Notes: generated from the sequence alone by a model not told the origin. 64,000 nt of DNA from a virus (IMGVR_UViG_3300031565_014867:17783-81782); one strand, 5' to 3'. Numbered from the stretch's first letter, positions 36,198-46,356 are shown. Numbers and translations are program-made.

Positions 36198-39062
36198 TCA
36201 ATCGCCTTCAAGCCGCAGCTTGCCGTCGATGCGGACGTATCGCTTGGCGTCTGCCGGCAACGTCCCTGGCTTCTCCCAGGCGAGGTTGCCGATGAACTTC
36301 TTGTTGTCCGTCCCTGCACCAACCGGGAATCGCGTGGGCATCGCGCGGGAAGTCTTGATCTTGCCCCATTGATGACAGTCCTCGGCCGGAAGCCACTTAT
36401 GGAATGCTCCGTGGAACTCGGCAAGCAGCACCTTCGAGCCGGGGACCTCATGGCAGTGCTCGGCCAGGAACTCCTCCAACGCATTGCGCGAGAACTGCTC
36501 GGCCTCTTGCTTGTGTCCGGTCGCCACGATAGGGATGCGCAGCCGACCCACGACAGGCGGCAGGTGCAGGTCCACTAACGTCCGCATGAAATGCGATGCC
36601 TCTTCTTCGAGCTTGCCCAGCAGAACCTTCTTAGGGATTTCTTCCACCAGGTCTGGAACGTAGATCATCGTGATACGGGTATCGCCGGGAAAGATCGGGC
36701 AGGCATCTTGTCGGTTGGCACACTGTATCCAGTGCGTCGTGTTGGGTTGCGAGTAACTGTCGGTCCGCATCTTGCGAATCGAAATCGTTCTGCCCGTGAC
36801 CCATTCCTTGATCCGATTGTGCGCCGAGGCCCCGGCCACGCTGATGTTCTTTTCCTCGACGACGCAGAGCACGGCGTTTGCCAGTTCACCGTTGAAGTCG
36901 TTCTTGTTCGTCAAGGACCGGTCCGCGAAAACGACTCCCGAAGTCATCAACAGACTGATTGCTTCGTGCAGGATCGACTTGCCGCTGTTCTCCGGGCCAA
37001 AGAGAAAGAGGTATGGCAGCGGCTCGAACGGATCACGCAGCAGGCAGGCGGTCCACGCCAATAGGTAGTCAGCGCCCGACTTGATGTTGGCTCGCTCGGC
37101 CCACGGCAGTTTGCGCAACGATGGTGTGAGGTCTTGACCGATGTGCTGGAGAATCTTGTCCCAATGCGGATGTTGGGGAACCTGGTCGTCAACCAGTTCG
37201 ACCGGTTGATACCGATACTGGGCCGCTTCAAGGTTCCAGCGCCGATTGCCGGGGTACTCGGGTTGGAACGGCAGGTTGACCAACTCCCATGCTTTCAAGA
37301 TGGCTCCACCCATGATGATGTCGGCCTCGGCCTTCTTGCAGCCGAGGGCCATCAGAGCCGACCTCACGTCATCCTTCGGCTGGCGAATCCAACGGCCGTT
37401 CTGCACCCTCCCCATCCAGCCCGCCCGCTCACCGGCCGGAGTGTAGAGACATCGAAGGGCATTGTCATGCTCCGCAGCATCGAGGTCTTCCTTCCTCTGT
37501 TCGGTGTGTACGTTGCACACCCGCTCCCACCAACCACGTCCTTTTGCCCAACCCTCGCCCGGCTTCTGGTCGACTATAGGGTCAGGATCGCCCAAAATCT
37601 CCATTTCGACACCGTCGAGAATTACCAAGACGCGATCGTCGTCGGTCCTCTTGACTTCTGCCCCCTGCTTGCGCCACTTTTCGAGGGGGTCGGCAGCGCG
37701 ATTCCTTCCAGTTCCATTACCCTCTCGGTGCTTTATCAGCACAACGAGTTGACCATTCTTGTTCTTCTTGAGCTTGGCTTCACGGTCCAGCCACTTCTCG
37801 TCGAGTTCGATTTTCTGGCCGAGGGCCTCCGCCGCTTTGAGTGCGTCCCTGGCACGGTCGAACTGAAATGTGCCATCGGACAATTCCGCACCGCCGGCGA
37901 CCCTTGCTGCCAAGGCCAGGTCGGGCAGACGATTGAAGTAGCAGCACGTCCACCCCTCGCCATCCTGTTCCCACGTCTCAGCCTCCGCGATGCCGGGCGA
38001 AAAGCGAAAGACGCGCCACGCGCCGTCGAGCATCGGGAACATGAAGCAGTTCGGCGTGGCCCGGTCGTTACCTTCCGAGATCGTCCTAAAGATACCCCTC
38101 AGTCCCAGTTCGCGCCGTTTGTCGGGGTCATCGATCAAGTTGGCCAGGACCTTTGTGTGAGTTTGCAGCAGGTGGTGGTCGGTGGTCCATACTGTGGAGA
38201 ACCTGCTCGTGGTCAATTCGTCGATAAGGGCTTTGTGCTTGTCATCCAGCAGTACGGTGGTGCGTGACGAAGCTAATGCCTCAAACGGGTCGAGATGCTC
38301 GTCGGCCACGGCCTGGACGCGAACCTTGGCACGACGACGGGTGACGACTTCCACATGGTCTCGCCAATTGGCCGGCAGGTCGGTCACCGACAGTCCCTTC
38401 TCGGCGGCTGCGAGCAGTTCCAATCCCCGGTTTTCCGGGGTCATCTTCCGTGCCCAAATCCAAAGCAGTCCGCCGCAGCAGTCGATCTGGCTGGCAAAGT
38501 CGAAACCTGTTTCGTTCGACATCATCCCGAGGATCGCCCGCGCCAGTGCGGCGTGCTCCGTATGGTTGTTCGTCGGGATGCCCTCTTCGTCGAAGTAGAC
38601 ATAGAGATGAAGGCCGTTGCCGCCGGTGCTCCGGCGGGCCTCGACGTAAGGCAGGTCTTCGGCCGCTTTGCGAATCTCGGCGAGTTGCTCGTAGGTCACG
38701 CCAATCCCAGCCGCGTGCCCAGTAATACTGTCGAAGTCGAAGCCCACCCAACGCGATCGCCGGGCTTGCCAGTCCCAGCCCGTGCAGCCGATCGCATCGG
38801 CGTGCAGGTCCAACGGCCACGTCATTTCATAGTCGCGGAACTCGGGATCAGCGTGGGCGTTCTTCGGAATACGGATGTTCCACCACTCGTCGACACCATC
38901 CGTGTACGTGTTTCGTTTGCCAGTGACCGGCTCGCCCTTGCCGGCGGCCACGTTGATCTGCGTTTCCATTGCCGGCGTCCAGCGGTCCAGCAGATCGGGA
39001 CCGTTGTGCGAAGCACGCCGCGCGCGGAAGAACGATCGCAGCGATTCGGTGACCGTGGGCAT
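36198..39062 (-). CDS. Primase-polymerase (AEP-like) fused to an SF3/D5-like helicase
   Basis: GFDFD, STGGNGLHLY; GPENSGKS, FNGEL, VVEE, DTRI; GGAGG RBS. Confidence 0.85.
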   Translation of the reverse strand: MPTVTESLRSFFRARRASHNGPDLLDRWTPAMETQINVAAGKGEPVTGKRNTYTDGVDEWWNIRIPKNAHADPEFRDYEMTWPLDLHADAIGCTGWDWQARRSRWVGFDFDSITGHAAGIGVTYEQLAEIRKAAEDLPYVEARRSTGGNGLHLYVYFDEEGIPTNNHTEHAALARAILGMMSNETGFDFASQIDCCGGLLWIWARKMTPENRGLELLAAAEKGLSVTDLPANWRDHVEVVTRRRAKVRVQAVADEHLDPFEALASSRTTVLLDDKHKALIDELTTSRFSTVWTTDHHLLQTHTKVLANLIDDPDKRRELGLRGIFRTISEGNDRATPNCFMFPMLDGAWRVFRFSPGIAEAETWEQDGEGWTCCYFNRLPDLALAARVAGGAELSDGTFQFDRARDALKAAEALGQKIELDEKWLDREAKLKKNKNGQLVVLIKHREGNGTGRNRAADPLEKWRKQGAEVKRTDDDRVLVILDGVEMEILGDPDPIVDQKPGEGWAKGRGWWERVCNVHTEQRKEDLDAAEHDNALRCLYTPAGERAGWMGRVQNGRWIRQPKDDVRSALMALGCKKAEADIIMGGAILKAWELVNLPFQPEYPGNRRWNLEAAQYRYQPVELVDDQVPQHPHWDKILQHIGQDLTPSLRKLPWAERANIKSGADYLLAWTACLLRDPFEPLPYLFLFGPENSGKSILHEAISLLMTSGVVFADRSLTNKNDFNGELANAVLCVVEEKNISVAGASAHNRIKEWVTGRTISIRKMRTDSYSQPNTTHWIQCANRQDACPIFPGDTRITMIYVPDLVEEIPKKVLLGKLEEEASHFMRTLVDLHLPPVVGRLRIPIVATGHKQEAEQFSRNALEEFLAEHCHEVPGSKVLLAEFHGAFHKWLPAEDCHQWGKIKTSRAMPTRFPVGAGTDNKKFIGNLAWEKPGTLPADAKRYVRIDGKLRLEGD

Positions 39063-39160
39063 AATGCCCTCCACAAGACATGGGGAGTGAGGTGGGGCGG
39101 GACGAGGAGCGGGACGAGGAGCGGGCGTACCTTGCGAACGAAGGCACGACTTCCTAGATG

Positions 39161-39206
39161 TCTACTAAAGTAAAGTAATTCCGAGGGGGGTCTGTTTCGA
39201 GAATCT
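39161..39206 (-). promoter_or_regulatory. 46-bp motif, copy 2 (head of the primase operon)
   Basis: Minus strand AGATTCTCGAAACAGACCCCCCTCGGAATTACTTTACTTTAGTAGA. Confidence 0.75.
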
Positions 39207-39313
39207 CCAGAATTCTTGGAATCTCCCGACACCAGTGCGATTACGCCGCGTCAGTGGGCCGTTTATGCGGGCTCGTGCCGCGTCGAATAGCAACGTCTTT
39301 GGTGCTTTCTTGT

Positions 39314-39359
39314 AATATCTCGAAACAGCCCCCCGTCAAAATCACTTTACTTTAGTAGA
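39314..39359 (+). promoter_or_regulatory. 46-bp motif, copy 3 (head of the rightward replication operon)
   Basis: AATATCTCGAAACAGCCCCCCGTCAAAATCACTTTACTTTAGTAGA, ending 21 nt before the ParB-like ATG. Confidence 0.75.
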
Positions 39360-39380
39360 TACGCTTCGGAAGGGAGCAAC

Positions 39381-40280
39381 ATGCAGGACAAAGCGGCGGA
39401 CATTCCGATCGACCAAATCACCGAGCCGAGAACCGTGCTGCGCCTTGTGGATAAGGACTCGGTGGAGTACCTCGAAATGCGCGACTCGATTGCCGCCGAG
39501 GGCTTTTGGAACTCGATCTCGGTCCGTCCGGCGAAGGACGACGGCAAGTACGAGATCATCGACGGTCTATACCGCTATACCTGCGCACGCGAGTTGAGTC
39601 TGCAGTCGATCCCCTGCATCATCAAGTACAAACTCTCGGATGATGCGGTGCTTGCCGCACAGATTCAAGCAAATGCCATTCGGCCGGAGACGAAGCCGGT
39701 GGAGTTCGCCCGGCAAATGAAGCGGATGTTGACCCGTCGTCCCGAGATGACGTTCGACGAATTGGCCCACCTGATCCACAAGTCGCCAAGCTGGGTGCGG
39801 AAGACCCTTGGGTTGCTCCGGCTCGTCCGCAAATCGCGGAAGATGGTCGATCGGGGTGAAATTGCGATCCAATCTGCCTACATGCTGGCCAAGATTCCGC
39901 ATCACCTTCAAGCGGGCTACCTCGACCCGGCTCGGACACTGCCAAGCCGGGAGTTTCGAGCGCTGGCGGCCAGTGTCATCAAACAGTACACCGAGGCGGT
40001 TAAGCAAGGGAGGATGAAAGCGTTTTGGTGTGGCGAGTTCCGGCCGCAGGCCCACCTCCGTTCGTTACGCGACATCCAATCGGAAACGCAACGGCAGGAA
40101 GTGGGCGCGTTGCTCGTCACGGCAGAGCAATGCAAAACGCCCGTGGACGGATTCTACGCCGCCTTGCGCTGGGCCATGCACTTGGATCGTCAGAGCGTCG
40201 AGGACCAAGAGCGATCCGCCCTCGCCCGTTTACGACAATCACTGCCCGAAGAAAGTGAGGTGCAACATGTGACCGACTAG
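39381..40280 (+). CDS. ParB/Srx-family protein with HTH
   Basis: SIAAEG..ISVRP..YEIIDGLYRY; ELAHLIHKSPSWV. Confidence 0.85.
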   Translation: MQDKAADIPIDQITEPRTVLRLVDKDSVEYLEMRDSIAAEGFWNSISVRPAKDDGKYEIIDGLYRYTCARELSLQSIPCIIKYKLSDDAVLAAQIQANAIRPETKPVEFARQMKRMLTRRPEMTFDELAHLIHKSPSWVRKTLGLLRLVRKSRKMVDRGEIAIQSAYMLAKIPHHLQAGYLDPARTLPSREFRALAASVIKQYTEAVKQGRMKAFWCGEFRPQAHLRSLRDIQSETQRQEVGALLVTAEQCKTPVDGFYAALRWAMHLDRQSVEDQERSALARLRQSLPEESEVQHVTD

Positions 40281-40351
40281 CCGCTGCCCGCCCGCCAACT
40301 CCTCCCTCCTCATCTTTTCCCACCCCATCCTCTCTTCTTTAGGACCATGCT

Positions 40352-41080
40352 ATGTCCACATCTACCGATCTGGTTCCCGTCGACATGACCCAGTTGCCTT
40401 CCACGCAGGTCGGCAGCGACGAAACCTTCAACGAGTTGGCCAAGAGCGGCGACTTCCTCGGCCGTTTGCAACTCTTCACCAAGGGCAAGGCGATCGACAA
40501 GGGCCTGATCCGGCCCGGCCATTACGGCATCCCCGAGTCGGGTGACGAGATCGTCGATCTGGGCGACACGATCGATGTCGTCCCGCTGGCACGTCGGCCG
40601 AAGGCGATCGACATGAACGACAAGGAAGCCATCATCGTCTGCCACGACCACGAGTCGGACGAGTTCAAGCGGATCGCGGCGCAGTCGCTCGAAAAGGAGT
40701 CGCACTGCATGTACGGCCCCAGCTTCCTCGTCTTCGAGCGGTCCAGCGGCCGGCTGCTGGAGTTCTTCTGTGGCTCGAAGAGCACACGTGGCGAAGCGAA
40801 GAAGATATACCCGTACCTGCCGCTCACCGAGGCCGACATCGCGGCCCGCGAGCTGTCCGGCGCGGAGCCGCACGGCCCGTTGCCGCTCACACTCAAGAGC
40901 CGGTTGGTTGAGAAGGGCACGTATTCGTGGCACGTTCCGGTCGTGGTGAAGTGCTCGACGCCGTTCACGAACCTGCCGTCGATGGCGGCCATCGTGCGGG
41001 AGATCGAGAAGTTCGTCAACGTCAAGGACGACGGCGTGGAGAAGGTCTCCGAGGAACAGGCGAATCGACGCGCCCGCTGA
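40352..41080 (+). CDS. Phage protein, possibly ssDNA-binding
   Basis: Strong GC3 bias; position in the replication operon; function guessed from context. Confidence 0.5.
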   Translation: MSTSTDLVPVDMTQLPSTQVGSDETFNELAKSGDFLGRLQLFTKGKAIDKGLIRPGHYGIPESGDEIVDLGDTIDVVPLARRPKAIDMNDKEAIIVCHDHESDEFKRIAAQSLEKESHCMYGPSFLVFERSSGRLLEFFCGSKSTRGEAKKIYPYLPLTEADIAARELSGAEPHGPLPLTLKSRLVEKGTYSWHVPVVVKCSTPFTNLPSMAAIVREIEKFVNVKDDGVEKVSEEQANRRAR

Positions 41081-41139
41081 TCGGATGCGTCGGGACCGGA
41101 CTTCTCTGCATTTCCCACACGCTTTCCTGGAGCCACGCT

Positions 41140-41346
41140 ATGAAAGCCGTTACCGCTACGTTTCTGTCAGTCATACTGGTCGTCTCTTTCGGCTGTGAAT
41201 TCTCGCAGTCGCCAGCCGTTCACCCCACATCTCCGCTGCAACGTAGCGACAACATGGATGTGAATCCCGACGAAACGGATTCTCCATTCCAACTGCTCGA
41301 AGGCTACCAGGTTCGTCCGGCCCGGAAGCGAGACCAGACGGCGTAG
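41140..41346 (+). CDS. Small putative lipoprotein
   Basis: GGAG RBS; MKAVTATFLSVILVVSFGC. Confidence 0.4.
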   Translation: MKAVTATFLSVILVVSFGCEFSQSPAVHPTSPLQRSDNMDVNPDETDSPFQLLEGYQVRPARKRDQTA

Positions 41347-41371
41347 TCGCTGATGCTGGGAGTTTCTCAGC

Positions 41372-41423
41372 AGACCCCGTTGCCGAATGGGGCACGCGCG
41401 GGTTCGATTCCCGCACGGGGTCT
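41372..41423 (+). ncRNA. tRNA-like structure lacking the anticodon arm
   Basis: 9-bp closing stem AGACCCCGT/ACGGGGTCT, D-like arm TGCC-GAATGG-GGCA, T arm GCGGG-TTCGATT-CCCGC. Confidence 0.6.
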
Positions 41424-41478
41424 TTTCCTACCCTCCCCCTATCCCACCTATCGCGTTCTGCGAACAACCGAGTTTTCC

Positions 41479-42006
41479 ATGCAACCCGACGCCGTGCTGA
41501 TTCAGCGGCCGGCAGTCGACTTCACGACGTTTTTGGGCCTGAGCCACCAGATGCTCGGCTACAGCCCGGCGCGTGCGGTCGACGCCTGCCCTCGTGAACT
41601 GACCGATGCCGAACGATTCCTTTCGTGTCTTGCCGCGCTGCGTGATCCGGATGCACCGGTCGGGCTGACTCCCAATCTCCTGGCGCACGTCTCATTCAGC
41701 GTGTTCGTTGCAGCCGACGAACGGGACTTGCTCGACGTTCTCGAAGCGGCGTCGGGTATGTCGTTCGTCACGACGGAGACGCTCGCCCGCGGCGTTCAGG
41801 TAGCTGTCATCACCGGCACGCTCGGCCAATGGCGCGATGCGGTCCGGTCCGGCACGAAGCAGACGGCCGAACCGACCGTTCGGGCCTGCTACTGCAAGAT
41901 TCTCGTCCTGTTCGAGCAGGCCGGTCTCGGCCACGTCTGGGCCGACTGCGAAAAGCGTCCCGCCCCGAACCAACTCTTCTACCTCGAAGACAAGAGAAAT
42001 CGATGA
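41479..42006 (+). CDS. Degenerate ThyX-like protein
   Basis: LLAHVSFSVFV and ITGTLGQWRDAV..EPTVR resemble ThyX segments; no RHR motif. Confidence 0.4.
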   Translation: MQPDAVLIQRPAVDFTTFLGLSHQMLGYSPARAVDACPRELTDAERFLSCLAALRDPDAPVGLTPNLLAHVSFSVFVAADERDLLDVLEAASGMSFVTTETLARGVQVAVITGTLGQWRDAVRSGTKQTAEPTVRACYCKILVLFEQAGLGHVWADCEKRPAPNQLFYLEDKRNR

Positions 42007-43985
42007 TCGCCACGCCCCAAGACATCTCCACCAAGCTCGTTACGGAAACGGCCAAGGGCACTCTCATCAAGGTTCCCGTGACACTTCGCTACGTCGCCGG
42101 TCGGATCGAGTTCGTCAAGTCGCCGTTCGCGCTCAAGTCAGAGATCAAGGCGATGGCCGGTTCGCGGTGGCACGGCTACATCGAAGGGGACAAGCGGAAG
42201 ATATGGTCGGTGGCGGACTGTCCACGCAACCGGTTTCAACTCGGCTATCTCCAGGGTGAGAACGTCTACGAGTGGTTCGATCGTGAGCTTGTACGGCACC
42301 AGTACCGGCGTCCGCTCATGCCGCATCAACGCGATATGGCCAACGCCGGACTGACGTATCACTTTCAAATCTGGGCAGCGGAAATGGGCACCGGCAAGAC
42401 CCTCTCAGCCCAAGAAGTGATGGAACGCTCAGGGGCGGACTGCTGGTACTGGATCGGTCCCAAAACAAGTCTGCCCAACATCCGGCGCGAGTTCCGCAAG
42501 TGGAGCATGGACCCGATGGTCCGCGTCGAGATGATGACCTACGAGGCGCTCGTCCGCAAGGTCGACGACTGGAAGTCCGACGACGAGTTGCCGCGCGGCG
42601 TGATCTTCGACGAGTCGAGCAAACTCAAGACGCCCACTTCGCAACGCTCGAAGGCCGCCCAACGCCTGGCCGACATGATCCGTGCCGAGTATGGCTTCGA
42701 CGGCTATGTGATCCTCATGTCTGGCACGCCGTCACCCAAATCACCCATCGACTGGTGGTCGCAAGCCGAGATCGCCTGGCCCGGATTCCTGCGCGAAGGT
42801 TCGGTCAAGGCTCTGGAACAACGGCTGGCGTTCATGGCCGATAAGCAGTTCGACGCAGGGGTCTTCAAGAAACGGGTTGGCTGGAAGGACGACGACTCCA
42901 AGTGTGATGTCTGCGGTGAGACCGAGCTTGAGGGGCCGCACGAACTTGACGGCATCACCGATCCCGACGACTACCACCGGTTCGAGCCGAGCAAAAACGA
43001 AGTCGCGTTCATGTACGAGCGACTCTCGGGGCTCGTCATTATCAAGCACAAGAAAGACTGTCTCAGTCTGCCCGAGAAAAGCTATCGCAAGATCGTCTGC
43101 AAACCGACTACCAGCACCTTGCGGGTCGCCCAGGCCATCGCCTCGTCTGCGCCGAACGCCGTGACTGGCATGACACTCTTGCGGGAATTGAGCGATGGCT
43201 TCCAGTACCGCGAGGTCAAGGACGGCAAGACGAAGTGCCCACACTGTCCCGAGAGTTGTGGCACGGTCCACGAATGGTTCGATCCCGACGACGACGATCG
43301 CACGTTCCGCGCCATCGACATGCTCGACGAGGCGCTTGTCGCTCGACTGGAGAAGCGGGAAGTGGCCTGCCCGCGGTGCGGCGGATCGGGCGAGGTCGAC
43401 AAGATGAAGCGGATCGTCCGCGAGGTGCCATGCCCGAAAACCAAGGCTCTCAAGGCCCTGCTCGAAGAGAACGAAGAGGTCGGCCGTATCGTGATCTTCG
43501 CCGGCTTCACCGGGTCGGTCGATCGCGTGACCGGCATCTGCCACAAAGAGGGCTGGGATGTCGTTCGCTGCGACGGTCGTGGCTTCCAGGTCACCAAACA
43601 CGACGGCCAGGTCATTACTGACGTGGACCCGCTCGACTACTGGGCCGACGCGGAGAACAACCCGCGAGTCGCCTTCGTCGCCCATCCCGAATCGGGTGGC
43701 ATGTCGCTCACGCTGGTCGAGGCCCGCACAGCGGTCTACTGGTCAAACAGCTTCAAACCCGAGTACCGCGCCCAGTCCGAGGACCGCATTCACCGCAAGG
43801 GGATGGACGAGAACCTTGGCTGCACGATCGTCGACCTGGTCCACCTGCCGACCGATGAACGTGTGCTCGAAGTCATCCGTGAAAACAGACGCCTCGAAAA
43901 GATGACGATGGGCGACTTCAGCGACGCCCTGACTGAAGACGCAGCCGACGAGTCGGAGGCGATGGAGGTGGTTGATGCTTGTTGA
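42003..43985 (+). CDS. SNF2-like helicase with CxxC insertions
   Basis: LMPHQ, EMGTGKT, IFDES, MSGTP, GGMSLTL, QSEDRIHRKG. Confidence 0.9.
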   Translation: MIATPQDISTKLVTETAKGTLIKVPVTLRYVAGRIEFVKSPFALKSEIKAMAGSRWHGYIEGDKRKIWSVADCPRNRFQLGYLQGENVYEWFDRELVRHQYRRPLMPHQRDMANAGLTYHFQIWAAEMGTGKTLSAQEVMERSGADCWYWIGPKTSLPNIRREFRKWSMDPMVRVEMMTYEALVRKVDDWKSDDELPRGVIFDESSKLKTPTSQRSKAAQRLADMIRAEYGFDGYVILMSGTPSPKSPIDWWSQAEIAWPGFLREGSVKALEQRLAFMADKQFDAGVFKKRVGWKDDDSKCDVCGETELEGPHELDGITDPDDYHRFEPSKNEVAFMYERLSGLVIIKHKKDCLSLPEKSYRKIVCKPTTSTLRVAQAIASSAPNAVTGMTLLRELSDGFQYREVKDGKTKCPHCPESCGTVHEWFDPDDDDRTFRAIDMLDEALVARLEKREVACPRCGGSGEVDKMKRIVREVPCPKTKALKALLEENEEVGRIVIFAGFTGSVDRVTGICHKEGWDVVRCDGRGFQVTKHDGQVITDVDPLDYWADAENNPRVAFVAHPESGGMSLTLVEARTAVYWSNSFKPEYRAQSEDRIHRKGMDENLGCTIVDLVHLPTDERVLEVIRENRRLEKMTMGDFSDALTEDAADESEAMEVVDAC

Positions 43986-44802
43986 CCGAATCCTCCACGG
44001 CGACTGCCTCGACATCATGCCGACGATCCCCGACGCGAGCGTCGACATGGTGCTGGCCGATCTGCCCTACGGTGTGACGCAGAACCAGTGGGATCAAGTC
44101 ATCCCGTTCAACCGGCTGTGGGACGAGTACCGCCGCGTGACGAAGTCCAATGCGGCGATCGTGCTCACGGCCACCCAACCGTTTGCCGCGCAGTTGATCG
44201 CCTCGAACCGGAAGATGTTCCGCTATGACCTGATTTGGCGGAAGAACAAATCGACCGGATTCTTGAACGCCAACCGGATGCCGCTTCGGCAGCACGAATC
44301 GATCCTCGTTTTCTATCGCCGACTGCCGGTCTACCATCCGCAGAAGTCGCACGGCCACGCCCCGGTCCATTCGTTCACAAAGCACACGAGCGACGGGACC
44401 AACTACGGGCAGACGAAGCGAGGCGTGCAAGGCGGCGGCCAGACCGATCGACATCCTACTTCGGTGATCGACATTCCCGTGGTCAACAACGACTCGAACG
44501 GGAAGAGTCATCCCAACCAGAAGCCGGTCGCGCTTTTCGAGTACCTGATTCGGACATTCACCGCTGAAAACGCCATCGTCCTCGACAACTGTATCGGCAG
44601 CGGCACGACCGCCATCGCCTGCCTCAACACGGGCAGACACTTCATCGGCATCGAGCAGGACGCCGAGTTCTGCAGGCTCGCGAATGAACGAGTCGCCCAG
44701 CATCAACCCTCCGAACTGCAAATCACATGCCCGACCAAACCCCAACGCCACCGCAAATGCCCTCGATTCCCGATCGGGCATGGAACCTTGCCAAAGCCTT
44801 GA
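43975..44802 (+). CDS. N6A/N4C DNA methyltransferase (beta class)
   Basis: HGDCL, ADLPYG, HPNQKP, LDNCIGSGTT. Confidence 0.92.
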   Translation: MLVDRILHGDCLDIMPTIPDASVDMVLADLPYGVTQNQWDQVIPFNRLWDEYRRVTKSNAAIVLTATQPFAAQLIASNRKMFRYDLIWRKNKSTGFLNANRMPLRQHESILVFYRRLPVYHPQKSHGHAPVHSFTKHTSDGTNYGQTKRGVQGGGQTDRHPTSVIDIPVVNNDSNGKSHPNQKPVALFEYLIRTFTAENAIVLDNCIGSGTTAIACLNTGRHFIGIEQDAEFCRLANERVAQHQPSELQITCPTKPQRHRKCPRFPIGHGTLPKP

Positions 44803-44984
44803 CGGCCTTCGCCGCTGATGGTTGCCGGACCGTGCCCAGAACGACCTACCGTATCCGCCTTCAGACCTGCGCGTCGTGCCCACGACGAAATGACAACTGG
44901 TGCCTGGAGTGCGGTTGCTTCTTGCCCGTCAAGGCCAAGGGGCGGGCTTGGCAATGTCCGCTCGACAAGTGGCCCGCAGCTTGA
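44727..44984 (+). CDS. Small Cys-rich protein (DUF6171-like)
   Basis: RLQTCASCP..CLECGCFL..K..CPLDKW. Confidence 0.75.
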   Translation: MPDQTPTPPQMPSIPDRAWNLAKALTAFAADGCRTVPRTTYRIRLQTCASCPRRNDNWCLECGCFLPVKAKGRAWQCPLDKWPAA

Positions 44985-45024
44985 GCGGTCCACACATTGA
45001 ACACGACCTACGTGGAGATACCCC

Positions 45025-46338
45025 ATGCCTCGATTGAAAACGGAGAAGGTCCGGCGCATCAAGGCCGACTTGTGCAAACCCGGTGCAACGCAGCCCCAGG
45101 TGGCGAAAAAGCATCGGGTCAGTCGGTCGGCCGTCTCCGACATCGCTACCGAACGTACTCACAAGGACGTCCCCTGGCCTGATGGTGGTCCGCCGAAAAA
45201 GCGATCCGGCGGACAGCGGAAGCCGATCACCGACTACGATCCGACCAACGCCCGCATCCTGGAACTCGAAGCCGACATCGCGCACCTCACCGAAGAGCGC
45301 AATCGGGAACGACGCAAAGCCAAAGCCGGGGCTCGGGATCGGGGCTTGTTCAACGCGATGGCCGACGTACTGTCCGAGAAGATCGTTGCCGTCAAGCCGC
45401 TGCCCAAGGTGCGCCGGGATGTTGGTAAAAAGGGCAAGGTCATCGAAGAGCACTGCGTGATGCACATTTCCGACGGCCATCACGACCAGATCGTCCGGCC
45501 CGAGGAGTGTGGCGGCCTTGAGCAGTATGACTTCCCCATCTCCTGTTGTCGGGCGGAGCGGTACGTCGATCGGGTCATCCACTGGACTCAACAGACGCTC
45601 CATCCACAGTTCTGCTTCACGCATCTATGGGTACTCGCCTATGGGGATCACACATCGGGCGAGATTCACGGTCACACGCAACGGTCCTACTTTCGCAACC
45701 AATTCAAGAACGTCATGGCGATCGGCAAGCTGCACGCCCTGATGTATCGCGACCTGGCCCCGCACTTCGACCAGGTCAACGTCGTCTACGTGCCGGGCAA
45801 CCACGGTCGGCGATCGAAGAAGAAAGACTATCATGGGGCGCACGACAACTGGGATTACCTCATTGCCGAGTTGGCCCGCCTCTACTGCGCCGACGTCGCC
45901 AACGTCGAATTCGTGATTCCCGATGCCTTTAGTGTGAATCTCGACATCGGCGGCGTCGGCTTCAATATCTCACACGGCGACGATGTGCGCGGATCGTTGG
46001 GAATCCCGTACTACGGCTTGCAGCGTCGCCAGCGGAGCCTCACGGCGTTGGGACACACGCAGGACGGTCCCCGCACTCGTTACTTCTGCTGCGGCCATTT
46101 TCACAAGCCCGGCATCGTCGGCGACATGGACGGCGAAATGTTGGTGAACGGCCCGTGGGTGGCGACCGACGCCTACTCCTTCAATGCCTTCGCCGGCTAC
46201 ACCGAGCCAAGCCAATGGTTGCATGGCGTCAATCCTAAGTACGGCATCACCTGGCGAATGGCCGTCAACCTCCGCAGCGAGCAAGAGAAGAAAGGACCGC
46301 AACGATACGTGATCGACGTGGATGCAGACGAAGTGTAG
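45025..46338 (+). CDS. HTH and coiled coil fused to a calcineurin-like metallophosphoesterase
   Basis: VAKKHRVSRSAVS; SDGH, GD, GNHG, HG, GHFH. Confidence 0.85.
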   Translation: MPRLKTEKVRRIKADLCKPGATQPQVAKKHRVSRSAVSDIATERTHKDVPWPDGGPPKKRSGGQRKPITDYDPTNARILELEADIAHLTEERNRERRKAKAGARDRGLFNAMADVLSEKIVAVKPLPKVRRDVGKKGKVIEEHCVMHISDGHHDQIVRPEECGGLEQYDFPISCCRAERYVDRVIHWTQQTLHPQFCFTHLWVLAYGDHTSGEIHGHTQRSYFRNQFKNVMAIGKLHALMYRDLAPHFDQVNVVYVPGNHGRRSKKKDYHGAHDNWDYLIAELARLYCADVANVEFVIPDAFSVNLDIGGVGFNISHGDDVRGSLGIPYYGLQRRQRSLTALGHTQDGPRTRYFCCGHFHKPGIVGDMDGEMLVNGPWVATDAYSFNAFAGYTEPSQWLHGVNPKYGITWRMAVNLRSEQEKKGPQRYVIDVDADEV

Positions 46339-46356
46339 TTCCGATCGGCACAGACC

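Noticed and set aside
39097-39125. GCGGGACGAGGA x2 upstream of the primase
   Set aside because: Only two units, and similar low-complexity C-rich spacers occur throughout the phage
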